From the IMG/VR virus record IMGVR_UViG_3300032073_000022, positions 4,883 to 68,882 of that record: a stretch of 64,000 nt of DNA; one strand, 5' to 3'. The DNA comes from a virus. Shown here piece by piece: positions 30,812 through 41,900 of the stretch. How positions within the stretch are numbered: position 1 is the stretch's first letter; each line of letters starts with the position of its first letter. The notes under the pieces are model-generated. The model was not told the origin of the DNA. It saw nothing but the letters and a program-made list of their open reading frames with translations, and ran no database searches. The position numbers were made by a program, and so were the translations under genes.

Positions 30812-31855
30812 TTAGAATGAGTCTTGCGAAACACTTGCTGTTACAGGAGGGCTACCAGAGGCAACATTTTTACCTAGACCATAGAATACTATATCAATTA
30901 ACTCTGAATCAACATAGTCACCGGTCTCAGATCTAACCACAACAGAGCACATATGTCTATCTTTGTTGTTGTCTACACGCTGTCTCATGGTTGTTAACAC
31001 GGTGTTGACTACACCGTCTTCTATACTACCTGAAGCTGTAGTGGCATTCGCATGACCTATGGCAATAAAGTGTGGGAAGCTTGCTCCACCATCATCTCTG
31101 AAAATTCCAGATGCCAAGTGAATTTCATACTTACCTTCTGCCGATCTATAAATTCCACTGACATTATGGAAGCTTCTTACGGACGGTACTCCAGCACCAC
31201 CGTTTCCATCAAACTGAACCCATGCTTGAGCAACACCTTTGGCGGTATTTGGAATAACAGATTGATCGCTAAACCTCATGTTACCAGAAACGTAGATTTC
31301 TTGGTCGTGACCTTGAACCGTCTCGCCATAACCAGATGGTCCGACTGGAACAAACTTAAGGCCAATTCTTTCATAACCCGATGCGTTTATCCAATTGTTG
31401 CCAAGTTTAAAATCATCAGTACAAGGATTGGTACCATCAACATGATAGTATTGTGTATGTGGATTTCCAACATCTTTGTTGGCTAGGTCATTATGGTTTA
31501 TATTATTTATTCCGGGGAATGGTTGAATTTGAGTATTACTTGTAATACCCGCAACCGTAATCGGCCAGTTTGGAAATGCTATGCCTGACTCAGCAATGAA
31601 AATACCCTGAGAAGCATCACCGGCAGACGTTTGCCTAGCTCTAACGTTCTTGTAGAACGGGAATCCATGTCCAGTCTGAGTGCCGATATCGCTACCGCCA
31701 TCTGTATTTCCACTACAAATAATTTTATTGATGGAGTACGCAAGGTCTTCCATATTGTGACGAACATCTTCTGCTGAAATTAATCCAGCGTTGTTGTCCG
31801 CTAAGTCGGTGCTGATACTTGTAATCAGGTCACCAGAGTTCTTCATAGTAGGCAT
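30812..31855 (-). CDS. Virion fibre/decoration protein
   Basis: N-terminal LADNNAGLISAEDVR domain shared with 49283..50950; NPHTQY and AWVQFDG...RSFHNVSGIYR..GKYEI fibre-type motifs. Confidence 0.65.
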   Translation of the reverse strand: MPTMKNSGDLITSISTDLADNNAGLISAEDVRHNMEDLAYSINKIICSGNTDGGSDIGTQTGHGFPFYKNVRARQTSAGDASQGIFIAESGIAFPNWPITVAGITSNTQIQPFPGINNINHNDLANKDVGNPHTQYYHVDGTNPCTDDFKLGNNWINASGYERIGLKFVPVGPSGYGETVQGHDQEIYVSGNMRFSDQSVIPNTAKGVAQAWVQFDGNGGAGVPSVRSFHNVSGIYRSAEGKYEIHLASGIFRDDGGASFPHFIAIGHANATTASGSIEDGVVNTVLTTMRQRVDNNKDRHMCSVVVRSETGDYVDSELIDIVFYGLGKNVASGSPPVTASVSQDSF

Positions 31856-31868
31856 TTAAAGTTCTCCT

Positions 31869-32390
31869 TTAATAATTGAAATATCCACCAGATCTATTGT
31901 CTGAATACATTCCTCTTCTTACATAATCCGAGCCGGGACTATAAGGTCCGAGGATAGACTGGCCACTAACACTGTTGCCAGCCCTATAATCTATTAACGC
32001 TTCGTCGTATTTTTTGCACAAATCCTGATATAAAACGGTAAGTGTGGAGGTTACACCTCTTAGGTCTATGGCGGAAGGGCCATCTTTGATACTTATCGCA
32101 TTACCAGATTCTTTTCTTATCTCGCTACCCACTATTATGCAGGAGGCTCTGAGACAAGCAAGTGCTATAAATGGGTCATCTTTTGTTCCAGAATCGGTGG
32201 GGTCTGGAGACAAGGTTGATGCTTCTACATTTATATCGTAGGTATTATTAAAATCTACGTTCATGATTAAAAGTTGTGCGGCCACCAAAATAGTGGTTTC
32301 AACCCTGTCAGTAGAAAAAGTGTAATTTGAGGAGTCAACATCGTTAATAAGATGTCTAACTACGGTTGTCATTTGGCCTTGCCACGACAT
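31869..32390 (-). CDS. Probable head-tail adaptor (connector) protein
   Basis: VRHLINDVDSSNYTFSTDRV helical start and internal beta hairpin (ISIKDGPSAIDL) typical of gp6/gp15-like adaptors; size fits. Confidence 0.6.
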   Translation of the reverse strand: MSWQGQMTTVVRHLINDVDSSNYTFSTDRVETTILVAAQLLIMNVDFNNTYDINVEASTLSPDPTDSGTKDDPFIALACLRASCIIVGSEIRKESGNAISIKDGPSAIDLRGVTSTLTVLYQDLCKKYDEALIDYRAGNSVSGQSILGPYSPGSDYVRRGMYSDNRSGGYFNY

Positions 32391-32397
32391 GTTTCAC

Positions 32398-32712
32398 CTA
32401 TATATTGCTATGTACTTTGAATGTGTAAATGTCTGTAAAAAATGTTCCGCTTGGTATAATAACTCTTGCTTGCAATTTATAAACACCAGCTTCATCCAAG
32501 TCTCCAGCCACTGTGTCGTAAAACATGACACCTGAAATACCGTAGTCTTTAAGTGTTGCGTTTCTGTCTATAACAGAGTCGCTAGGCTTCCTAAAACTAA
32601 GTTGGTGAATTGATCCACCATCAATGCCGGATATATTAACAATATTACCGTCATCTTTGATGGTTATCTCAAATCTAGTTCCAACATCGTTTTGATGTAT
32701 TTCACTCGCCAT
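32398..32712 (-). CDS. BppU-N-like Ig-fold virion protein
   Basis: DVGTRFEITIKD...FRKPS...YDTVAGDLDEAGVYKLQARV...FKVHSNI pattern. Confidence 0.55.
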   Translation of the reverse strand: MASEIHQNDVGTRFEITIKDDGNIVNISGIDGGSIHQLSFRKPSDSVIDRNATLKDYGISGVMFYDTVAGDLDEAGVYKLQARVIIPSGTFFTDIYTFKVHSNI

Positions 32713-32716
32713 TGCA

Positions 32717-32839
32717 TTACCTTATTAAGATTATCGGATCTTTTTGTTTAATATTCATGTCAAACTTAAAAAGTGCCCCCTCGATCAAGAGGATGGGCTG
32801 TTTAGACATTTGTATGTTTAATACTAGATCTATCTTCAT
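32717..32839 (-). CDS. 40-aa microprotein (not in ORF track)
   Basis: MKIDLVLNIQMSKQPILLIEGALFKFDMNIKQKDPIILIR*. ATGA overlap with the upstream ORF; ends 4 nt before the next ATG. Confidence 0.55.
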   Translation of the reverse strand: MKIDLVLNIQMSKQPILLIEGALFKFDMNIKQKDPIILIR

Positions 32840-32973
32840 TTTTTAAGCACTAACGTAATATTTATACACGGTTGTAGCGATAAGGTCACCAAAAAAACCT
32901 CTCCATTGGATTTCTTTTCCATGCTGGATGAAGATCCGGAGGGAACATCGCTAAATGGGAATTCGCCAAACAT
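32836..32973 (-). CDS. 45-aa microprotein (not in ORF track)
   Basis: MFGEFPFSDVPSGSSSSMEKKSNGEVFLVTLSLQPCINITLVLKK*. TAATG overlap with the upstream gene. Confidence 0.6.
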   Translation of the reverse strand: MFGEFPFSDVPSGSSSSMEKKSNGEVFLVTLSLQPCINITLVLKK

Positions 32974-33332
32974 TATAGCTGAGGATCACTAATAACAATG
33001 GTGGTGTCCAAACCTTGAGCCGCCTGATCTTTAGCAATCTGGGTCTCATAAGCTCTGACGTGTTCAGCCAAAAACTGTCTCACGATTCTATTGCAAAATT
33101 GTGCTGTAGTTTCCGGGTTGTCAATTAATGCAACCTGATTTGGGTCAGGTATTGTAGATGGATTGGTAAGTAGATCTTCTGGAATGGTATCATCGTAGTC
33201 CGGATTGGCGATGGTGGCATCCTCGTCATAGTCTGGATTAGCAATCTGTTGTGGCCTGTTATAGTTAACAGCTACAGCCGTCAAGACTCTCGCTACATCA
33301 GCGTCGTCTATTTCTACTGAAAAAACTGCCAT
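32973..33332 (-). CDS. Hypothetical protein (possible fibre assembly factor)
   Basis: 119 aa with internal IANPDYD repeats; AGGAGAG RBS and promoter motif upstream. Confidence 0.6.
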   Translation of the reverse strand: MAVFSVEIDDADVARVLTAVAVNYNRPQQIANPDYDEDATIANPDYDDTIPEDLLTNPSTIPDPNQVALIDNPETTAQFCNRIVRQFLAEHVRAYETQIAKDQAAQGLDTTIVISDPQL

Positions 33333-33373
33333 TGTTTCTCTCCTGTAAAACTAAAGTTATGTGTACACAATGA

Positions 33374-33382
33374 ATTATACAC
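33374..33382 (-). promoter_or_regulatory. Putative late promoter GTGTATAAT
   Basis: GTGTATAATTCA is identical to the 21664 site; intergenic. Confidence 0.6.
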
Positions 33383-33406
33383 TTTTTTCTGTAAAATGTT
33401 AATAAA

Positions 33407-33940
33407 TCAACTCCCCTTGTTCAAATGGGGGAGTTCGCACCTAGGAATTTGGCATTTATCGCATATTTCATGCCATCTGTCTGGTAAATCTTCAAATTTG
33501 TAAACTTCTACGCCAAGATCTTCACCGTAGTGACCCTGTGTAAAGAATTGAGTGGTATGCTCCATCCAGTTATCTTCAAAAAATTTCATATGATCTTCAA
33601 TCGCTAGAAAGTCTTTTATCTCGTCAGCAATTGGCTCTAGTATCTTGTGTTGATTTGATTTTAATCTTTGTACCCAATTGTTCATGCTGACAAATCTATC
33701 TTTAATAGGCCTGTGGATAGCAAACCTGTATATATCGTTCCAATCTTTAATGTACCCCTTAAGGACTGCTGCCGTTTGATGGCCCTGACATCTTTCAAAC
33801 TCTCTGACAAACATGGGAACCGTACTGATCAAGGACGGTACTCCATGTCCAACACAAGTAGATGCGATAGCGTTTTTTATGGAATTACCACCAGTTCTGG
33901 GGATGTGAATAAAAACTGCTCTTTTAGGTAGGTATATCAT
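33407..33940 (-). CDS. Sulfotransferase (Sulfotransfer_2 / carbohydrate sulfotransferase-like)
   Basis: 5'-PSB motif FIHIPRTGGNSI, 3'-PB-like FAIHRPIKDRFVS, C-terminal LPHLN. Confidence 0.8.
   Translation of the reverse strand: MIYLPKRAVFIHIPRTGGNSIKNAIASTCVGHGVPSLISTVPMFVREFERCQGHQTAAVLKGYIKDWNDIYRFAIHRPIKDRFVSMNNWVQRLKSNQHKILEPIADEIKDFLAIEDHMKFFEDNWMEHTTQFFTQGHYGEDLGVEVYKFEDLPDRWHEICDKCQIPRCELPHLNKGS
33409..33435 (-). terminator. Possible terminator hairpin at the end of the sulfotransferase gene
   Basis: AACUCCCC/GGGGAGUU stem followed by GAUUUAUU; weak U-tract. Confidence 0.3.
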
Positions 33941-34521
33941 AGCACTTCACACATATAGCTAGGGTATTTTTCTAAACTTATTCCAATCATCTTCATTTTG
34001 CCAGCCTGAATGTTCTCGTTAACAGCTCTTATTACACCCGCTTTCCAAACTTGACAGTTTGTCACATAATCATGTCCCATTATTAGACCTCCCTTTTTAA
34101 CTTTCAATAATGCGGATTCAATCTCTATTGATACAGATTTGTAATCATGGCAGGCATCTATGTATATCCAGTCTAGATAATTATCTTCTAGCGAATACAA
34201 AAAATTACCACCGTATTCTCTATGTAGCTCAACTTTGTAGGCTTCTATTTCTCTTTGAAAAAGTTTTCCTACTAAACGTCTGTGGTCGTCTTCCCACAAG
34301 GACGGGGCATCTATTAGGCAGGCGTTGGGATGTCTTTCCCTCCAAATGTCACATAGGTGCAGTTTTTTAGGTTTAGCTACATGATACAGAGATACAGAAT
34401 TGCGACCTTTGCAAACGCCTATCTCTGCACCAATACCATCCTTCGGGATATCTAAATATAGTTCGTTAACTGTTTCGTATTCTTTTATTTTATCCATCTT
34501 TCTCCTCTGGGCAGATGACAA
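33937..34521 (-). CDS. Class I SAM-dependent methyltransferase (Methyltransf_24-like)
   Basis: GAEIGVCKG motif I; LDWIYIDACHDY; KVKKGGLIMGHDY. The true start may be the second Met. Confidence 0.85.
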   Translation of the reverse strand: MSSAQRRKMDKIKEYETVNELYLDIPKDGIGAEIGVCKGRNSVSLYHVAKPKKLHLCDIWRERHPNACLIDAPSLWEDDHRRLVGKLFQREIEAYKVELHREYGGNFLYSLEDNYLDWIYIDACHDYKSVSIEIESALLKVKKGGLIMGHDYVTNCQVWKAGVIRAVNENIQAGKMKMIGISLEKYPSYMCEVL

Positions 34522-35512
34522 ACTTGCCGCTTTTCTTTCTTATCCTAACCGCTTCTGCGATTTCACTTTCTATAAAAAACTTAGCGTCTGACTGGGAAAA
34601 TATTTTAGCTTTAAAAGTAGAAGCTTCTTCTACATGATTTTTATCTCTCTTGGCTTCATCTTCTGTTGGGTACATTTGAAGGAAGCCATACTTAATGCCA
34701 TGTCGTCTCAGCCAATCTTCTGTGATTGAACGGTATTTCTCTAGACGTGCGGTTACAATTCCTTTGCAGTGTGTTTTGGGGATTCTATGAAGAAAGGGCT
34801 TTACATTTTTTATATATTCAACATATCTTTCTTCGTCTATACATATTTCATAGGGGACATTGGGAGAAAATATTCCATCAAAATCTAGTAATGCGTGTTC
34901 TATATATGTGCAATTAAAAAGATTCCACTCTAATAAATGAGGAGGGCTTAAGTCTCTAGCATAGAAATCCGGTTTAAACTCTGACGCTGGCCTACAGTAG
35001 ACAGAGCAAAAGTAGGCGTCTTCCATAAGCCTGCTCTTAACATTGTTCATGGCAGTTCCTGCGTATACCGTGTCGTCTACCACTAATAGGCTACCGTTAC
35101 AACCTTTGTAATTGAGCATTCTTATTCCGCCAAACTTGCTGACTCCAGAAAGGGGAATTAAATTGTTTTGGGGGTCTAAAAAGTAAAGTGGTAAGTTGAG
35201 CCACATGGCAATCATGCTGGCTGGAAGCATTCCCGATCTAGGGATGCCAACTACTCCCTTTAGTTTTAACCCTGCGAGCTGGGGTAATAATAAGTTTTTA
35301 CAATCTCTTATAAGCTGTGCGGTTGTGATGTACTCACCGGCAAGAAAAGCTTTTCTTCTCTCGTGTTTTTTATCACAGTCAATTTTATACCTAGCTCTCT
35401 CTTCCTCGCTGGCCTTTTGACACCACTGCCAGTTCGGTGGGTCGTATGTCATTTCCTGTTTAAAATATTCGCAATACCCAGCTTGAGGGCATTTACATTT
35501 TTCCAATCCCAT
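34490..35512 (-). CDS. Phosphoribosyltransferase-HAD phosphatase fusion with a Cys-rich N-terminus
   Basis: VVGIPRSG and PRPP-binding LLVVDDTVYAGTAM; HAD motifs LLDFDG, IVTAR, K, FFIES. Confidence 0.8.
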   Translation of the reverse strand: MGLEKCKCPQAGYCEYFKQEMTYDPPNWQWCQKASEEERARYKIDCDKKHERRKAFLAGEYITTAQLIRDCKNLLLPQLAGLKLKGVVGIPRSGMLPASMIAMWLNLPLYFLDPQNNLIPLSGVSKFGGIRMLNYKGCNGSLLVVDDTVYAGTAMNNVKSRLMEDAYFCSVYCRPASEFKPDFYARDLSPPHLLEWNLFNCTYIEHALLDFDGIFSPNVPYEICIDEERYVEYIKNVKPFLHRIPKTHCKGIVTARLEKYRSITEDWLRRHGIKYGFLQMYPTEDEAKRDKNHVEEASTFKAKIFSQSDAKFFIESEIAEAVRIRKKSGKFVICPEEKDG

Positions 35513-35515
35513 TTT

Positions 35516-35923
35516 TTACTCCATAAACATCTCAAAACCCGTTCCTAATATCATTACTATATCATGAGTGGCTTTATTGGGTGATCCAGAACTACCTGTA
35601 CCTGAAGGTAAGTCACAGGGAGAGTCGTCGCCAGTACCAGCGGTATCATAAAGATACTTAATTGTTAATTGGGTTTGTCCTGCTCCCATTTCCATTCCAC
35701 CACCGCCACCGCCACCAACTGCGGTCACAACGTATACGTATGTAGATAGAACAGTACTGCTACCACCGTCGCCAGCTCCTCTTTTTTCAACATAGACATA
35801 ATGGCCAATTTTAGCGTTGGCGTACTCATCATCATAAGTGATGGTATAGCTTGGTCCAGAGCCACTACAGGAGTCAACCCCTGCATTGTCGTGAATTACA
35901 ACATGATTTCTTAGGTTAGCCAT
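35516..35923 (-). CDS. Small virion/fibre-associated protein
   Basis: 135 aa, Gly-rich; 1-nt overlap with the upstream fibre gene. Confidence 0.55.
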   Translation of the reverse strand: MANLRNHVVIHDNAGVDSCSGSGPSYTITYDDEYANAKIGHYVYVEKRGAGDGGSSTVLSTYVYVVTAVGGGGGGGMEMGAGQTQLTIKYLYDTAGTGDDSPCDLPSGTGSSGSPNKATHDIVMILGTGFEMFME

Positions 35924-38900
35924 TAGTTTGGTATATCTTGTCCTATGATGAAGCCATCAAATTTAGTGTCGTTTGCACTACCTCCGGTCGCCGTGCATAA
36001 AAATCCATATACATCTTTATGTCCCTGATGGGAAGTTCCGTCGTTTCCAGTCATTGTTGGTGAAATATTTCCAGCCCATTTTAATTCAGCGGCGGTACTT
36101 CCATCTATTCTCACTGTTGACCAACTTATTCCGTGTCCAGTACCGCTAGTGGCTTGGATAAATCGAATAACAAACTTTTGCCCTATTGTGGCATTTTCAA
36201 ACTGTACGGCTGTGATATCGGCACCCAAGAGTATGTTGAAATAATTACCTTTGCTTAGGTCTATCTGCAATGTAGCGTCTTCTGTTGTGGTTCCGGTGGC
36301 TGGAACTGGCTGATTAACATATGCTCCTTGTACTAAGTGGAGTCTGTTTTCGCTTTCATCCCATTCTACATAAGAGCCGCTTCTAGCACCAAAGAACTTA
36401 ACATCTTTACCTGTGTCATCAACACCAACCGTAAGGGTTCCATCTAACTGAACATTACCATCAATGTCTACAGCATCTAGATTTGTTGTGCCGTCTACAT
36501 CTAAATCACCGTCAACATCAGTATTTCCTGTAACAGTTATGCTATCGACATAAGCATCTTTCCATCTTTTTGCACTAGTACCAAGATCTACATCGCTGTC
36601 GGCTTCTGGCCCAAACACGTTGTCAATTAAGCTAACTTGGTCAACGTTATTTGCTCTAAGTATAATCTTATTGTTTGTCGTAGCAAAGTCAATTAAGTTC
36701 TCAGTGCCTCTACCCATCTTGAGGGAGGCGTTGTATACAGAAGTAATTGTAGTTTGTGCGGCAGTAATTGCTATGTCGTTAGCGTTCGCTGTAATGCCAT
36801 CGCCACCAACAACGTTTAGTGTTGCGTCTCCAGTAGTGGCTCCGCCTGTTAAACCGTCACCAGCAACTACAGATGTGATATCTCCTCCGCCTCCTCCACC
36901 AGAAGCATCCTCCCATTGAGGTGCGTTTCCAGCATCGTTGACAGTTAAGACTTGACCATCACTACCTATTCCCAATCTAACGTAGTCAGTACCATTGTAG
37001 TACATTATATCGCCCGCAGCATCAGAGCCAAGGGCTATCTTTGCACCAGTAATTCCATTGTCTGCAATATAAGCACTGGCAATTGCAGTGCCATTCCAAA
37101 CTCCAGTGTCGATAGTGCCTACCGTAGTGATTGCTAACCCGTTGATATCAGCTTTAGTTTGGTCTGCTGTAGCATTGGCTTCAATAGCATCTAATTTGCT
37201 TTCTTGAGCGTCTGTCATAAACCTTTTATTTGAGGCGTCTGACATATTGGCTGTTGTGAAGTTTGGAGAAGAGCCAGATATTACAGACTGATCTAAAGCT
37301 TTCACGTCTGCTATGCTCGCTAGCTCACTATCCATTAATGCTCCAGCCGCTGTCACGTTAGTAGTGTCTGTCACATCTGCACTAGCCTCTATAGCATCTA
37401 GCTTGGTTTTGTCCCCATCTGCAAATGCTCCTTCAGAAGGTTTGACTTGTAGAGTAGAAATGGTGACCCCTTTGACGCCAGCTAGGTCAGTCAGCTCACT
37501 GTCCATCAAGGCTCCAGCCGCAGTAACATTGGTGGCATCCGTAACATCCGCACCGTCTTCAACATTCAGTGCTGTTCGTACTTCGGTTGCTGTTAAACCC
37601 TCTACTTCTGTACCATTGATTCTAAGGAAGTCATTGTCTGCTACTGCATCGTTAGCTGTTAGAACGTTTCCGTCTGAAATACCCTTTGTTAAGGCTTTTA
37701 CAAATGCGAGATTTGTTACCTCTGAATCCATCAAGGCTCCAGCAGCAGTTACATTGGTCGCATCAGTCACATCGGCATTTGCTTCAATACCATCTAGTTT
37801 GGTATGATCAGCGTTTGTAAAATCATTAGTTGTTAACCCACCGTCACCTACGGAATAAGTAGTATTAGTATCAACAGCCGAACCATTAAATTTAAGGGTT
37901 CCGCCGTCGTTGTAGAGCTTGTTTGTAGTAGAGGAAGGAGCATTATCTGGTAAGACTACACCACCATCTGGACCAACAGCTACGACCTCGGTGCCATCAC
38001 TTTTTTGGAAAGTTTGCATGTTAGCAGATTGAGAAGCGTGAGCCTTTACTTTAATCCCAATATCGGAGGCTGTATGCATATTTACATCCATAGCGGCGGA
38101 GTAAACATCTGCCCATCTTAGCGTACTTGCTCCAAGGGATCTTCCATTGTCGTTGTTTGGGTAAAGGGCGGCGTGTACTCTCCAAGTATTGGAACTTGCG
38201 TGGAACTGGAGCCTATCTGTTCCTCCGTTTTGGAACATTATGTCGCGGGCTGTTCCGTCTCCAGCGGTGGTATTTATTACAAATTCATTAGCTTTCCAAC
38301 CCATCTTCAGGGTTTCATTGTCTGTGTTAGCCGAGTTTATAAAATGAATGTTAGGAGGAGTGTCATTATCTCCACTGTTCATTATAATGTTAGAAAGACT
38401 AGTTAACTGGCCTCTATTTAGATCTCCAGCGAAAAACGATAAACCGGAGGGGACGCCAGTAGACAGGGCTACATCGTTAGCGTTGACAGTTATGCCATTA
38501 CCAGCTCCGACAGCAAAACTTCTGTTGGAAGAAATGTCTCCACCACCTGTTAATCCATCACCAGCAGTTAGGGTTACAGAAGTGTGGTCTATGTGTTCAT
38601 TAGCTACAAAATTACTAGCCGTGTCATGGTCAACAACAAAGTCCATGTCACCGTTAGTATCATCATAGGTTATTGCGATCCCTGTCTTTGTTCCCCCGGT
38701 TGCCACTAGCGGGCCTGCAATATCCTGAACTTCTTCTGTTGTAAGGGTAGCTGTAATGAAAGCAGAAGACGAGTTATCGTAGTTAGATAGGTCGTTATCA
38801 ACCGTCAAGTCGATTGCACCATCGCCAGCGTCATCGTAAGCTGCTGTAATGAGGGTGTGACTACCATTAGTGACAAATTGAGCACCGACGATATCTTGGG

Positions 38901-41900
38901 CTTCTTCTGATGTTAAACCACCTCCACCACCACCAGCGGTCCAAGGTACGTTTACAACCAGCTTGTCACTGCTATCCACCTGTACGGCGTAAGTTCTAGA
39001 CGCGGTAGTTGTGCGACTCTCAGCGGCTGTTGTTTGAACAGTATAGTCTACTAAGTTTGCATTAAATTTAGTACCTTGTAATATAACTCCGCTATCACTA
39101 GTGTAGGTAGTATTGGTATCGCTATTAACAGCAGAACCGTTAAACTTCAGTGTACCCCCGTCATTATAAAGTCTATTAGTGGTAGAAGAGGGTACATGAT
39201 TTGCTAACTCAACGCCACTAGCAGTTAATCCACTAGCAAGTATTTGGCCTAGTTTTGCTCTGTCGTCGGTAACGGCAGATCCATGAACAGCAATTATACC
39301 AGCAGAATATCTTTTAAGGTTAGTATCTGTGCCGTCTTGTGCTTCACCAACAGAGCTGCTAGACCAACCAATATAACTGGCATTACCAACTTGAAGGCGG
39401 TCATCGCCTATGATAAGTCTATTTCTTCCACCGGCACAAAATGCTATTTGTTGATCGCTAAACTTTTCGTAAAATCCAACACGTCTATTGCTAGAGCCTG
39501 TAAAACAAAGAGTTGGGGCGGAAGTGCCTCCTCCTCCGGGTAAGAATATTTGACCACTAGCAGAAGTGATATCACCACTGGTTAAAATATGTCCTTGGCT
39601 AGATATCTCAGCCTTAATCGTACCGGCACTATCTTGCCACTCGGTTAGATTCGCAGACTGAGCAGCTTTCCCTTTTATAACTACACCTTTATAAGCAGCA
39701 GCCAACGGATATGCGGTAAATCCCCTGTTAAAGTGAGGTACAGAGCTTCCAATCTCACCATCGGGACTCTGCCTTGAATCAAAGACCTCAGTAACTCCAA
39801 CATATAATTTAGTTCTATAATAACTTTTTAGTTCTTGTATATTACCATCTACATGTAAACTATGATCTCCACCATTTGTTGTCATGGTAATTCCACCACA
39901 GTCGGTAACTGCACTGCTTGTAGAACCGTCAAGTGTTATACCTCTGGTGGCACTAGCGTATATAAACCCATCACCACTAGTTAGAACCCCGTCATCTCCG
40001 AAAAACGCAACACCAGATGGACCGCCAACCCCGCTAGCTGAATTGGCGAGTATGTCGGCGGCGTGATTAGCTCCGCTAGCAGCAAGACGAATTATGTCAT
40101 TGGCGTGATTAACACCACTAGCAGATTCAGTTCTAAGCTCTGTTGTCAGATTGGTGACGGATGTGTTGGTGGCTGTACCGCTGGCAGCGTTGCGGATAAT
40201 ATCAGCGGCATGGTTTGTACCGCTAGTAGCAAGATGGGTAATGTCGGCGGCGTGGTTCGTTCCACTGGCGGCTAACCTGATTATATCGTTAGCATGATTT
40301 ACACCACTTGCAGACTCTGTCCTTAACTCAGTAGTTAAATTTGTCACAGAAGTGTTGGTGGCTGTACCGCTGGCAGCGTTGCGGATAATATCAGCAGCAT
40401 GATTGGTTCCACTGGCGGCTAATCTGATTATGTCATTAGCGTGGTTTACACCGCTAGCCGACTCTGTTCTCAACTCAGTGGTTAAATTTGTTACAGACGT
40501 ATTGGTTGCAGTTCCACTCGCTGAATTCCTAATAATATCAGCGGCGTGGTTTGTGCCGCTAGTAGCGAGACGAATAATGTCGGCGGCGTGATTCGTTCCG
40601 CTGGCGGCAAGCCGGATTATGTCATTAGCATGGTTGACACCGCTAGCTGACTCTGTTCTTAGTTCGGCGGTTAAATTAGTTATAGAAGTGTTGGTTGCGG
40701 TGCCGCTCGCAGAATTTCTGATAATGTCCGCAGCGTGATTGGTTCCGCTTGAAGCTAGTCTTGTGATATCATTAGCATTATTAAGACCGCTAGCAGAATT
40801 TGTGCGGATTTCAGTAGTGTTTGCAGTTATTAAATTAGTAAGTGTAGTGGAGATGTTTGCATCGTCATTAATAGCAGCCGCTAGCTCATTTAGCGTGTTC
40901 AGTGTAGCGGGAGCACTATCTACTAAGGCTGCTACTTTAATATCTGTATAAGATTGATTGTATCCAGAGACTGCATTGCCAGAACCAAAGTCTAGGTGAA
41001 ACTTATTATTCTGTAGAATTAAACCGCTTCCCGCTGTATATGTTGTGCCTCCGCCGCCGCCGCCAGCAGTGGTTTGAGTGGTACCATCATTAAACCTTAA
41101 ACCGCTAAGACCAATGTTAATACCGCTAGCTGAAAGTATTGAACTAGTGTAGCTTGGGACATTGGAGTCTGTGTAATGCTCTGCCCAACCACTAACAGCA
41201 GCAATATAATCTTTATTGGATTGGCCGGAGGCGTTGAGTTTATTAGTGTTTTGATTTATATTAATTTGTAAGGTAGATGTTTTGTTATCTATTCTATCTT
41301 GAAGATAACCGCTAACATTATCAATTTTAGTTCTATTAAAATTACCAGAACTCATAAATGTGTAGTGGTCATTTGTTATACTTGTTGAGTTTGCAGATAT
41401 CAGTGCTAAGTTTGCATTACCTGAAGCTATTGCTGTAGTAGCTCCCGTGTGATCGTCAGAGGCCAAGTGACTAGCAACATGACCAATTACCCAACCACTA
41501 ATAGAGCTATCACCCTGTGAAGATTTTTGTGTTGATATATCCAAAGCCCAGCCGCTAATGGATGCCGAATAGTCTTTATTAGCATTTCCTGAAGCGTTTA
41601 AAGCAGATAAGTTGGAGGTTATTTGTGGCTGTAGATAGCCACTAACTGCTGTAGCGTCTGCTATGCCATCAATAACAGACTGGAAGTACCCACTAACTGC
41701 TGTTCCAGATAGATCGCTATCAACGTAATATTTTGCCCATCCACTAATATCTACGCCGCTCGCAGAATTACTTCTAATGTCGTCTAATACGTCTGTTCCA
41801 GCTAAGACTAAAGATCCATCGCTCTTTATTTTTGCCAGAACTGTGTCTGAGCTATTTCTCCACTCTTGTATGTTAGCGGCTTGTGCTGGTGCAGACTTTA

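Noticed and set aside
32861-32869. GTGTATAAA near-match to the promoter motif
   Set aside because: One mismatch and located inside the 45-aa microprotein ORF; cannot be supported as a promoter.
26930-40800. Regular direct repeats resembling CRISPR arrays or DGR template/variable repeats
   Set aside because: Unit lengths are multiples of 3, in frame, with synonymous variation. No unique spacers, cas genes, reverse transcriptase or adenine-specific mismatch pattern.
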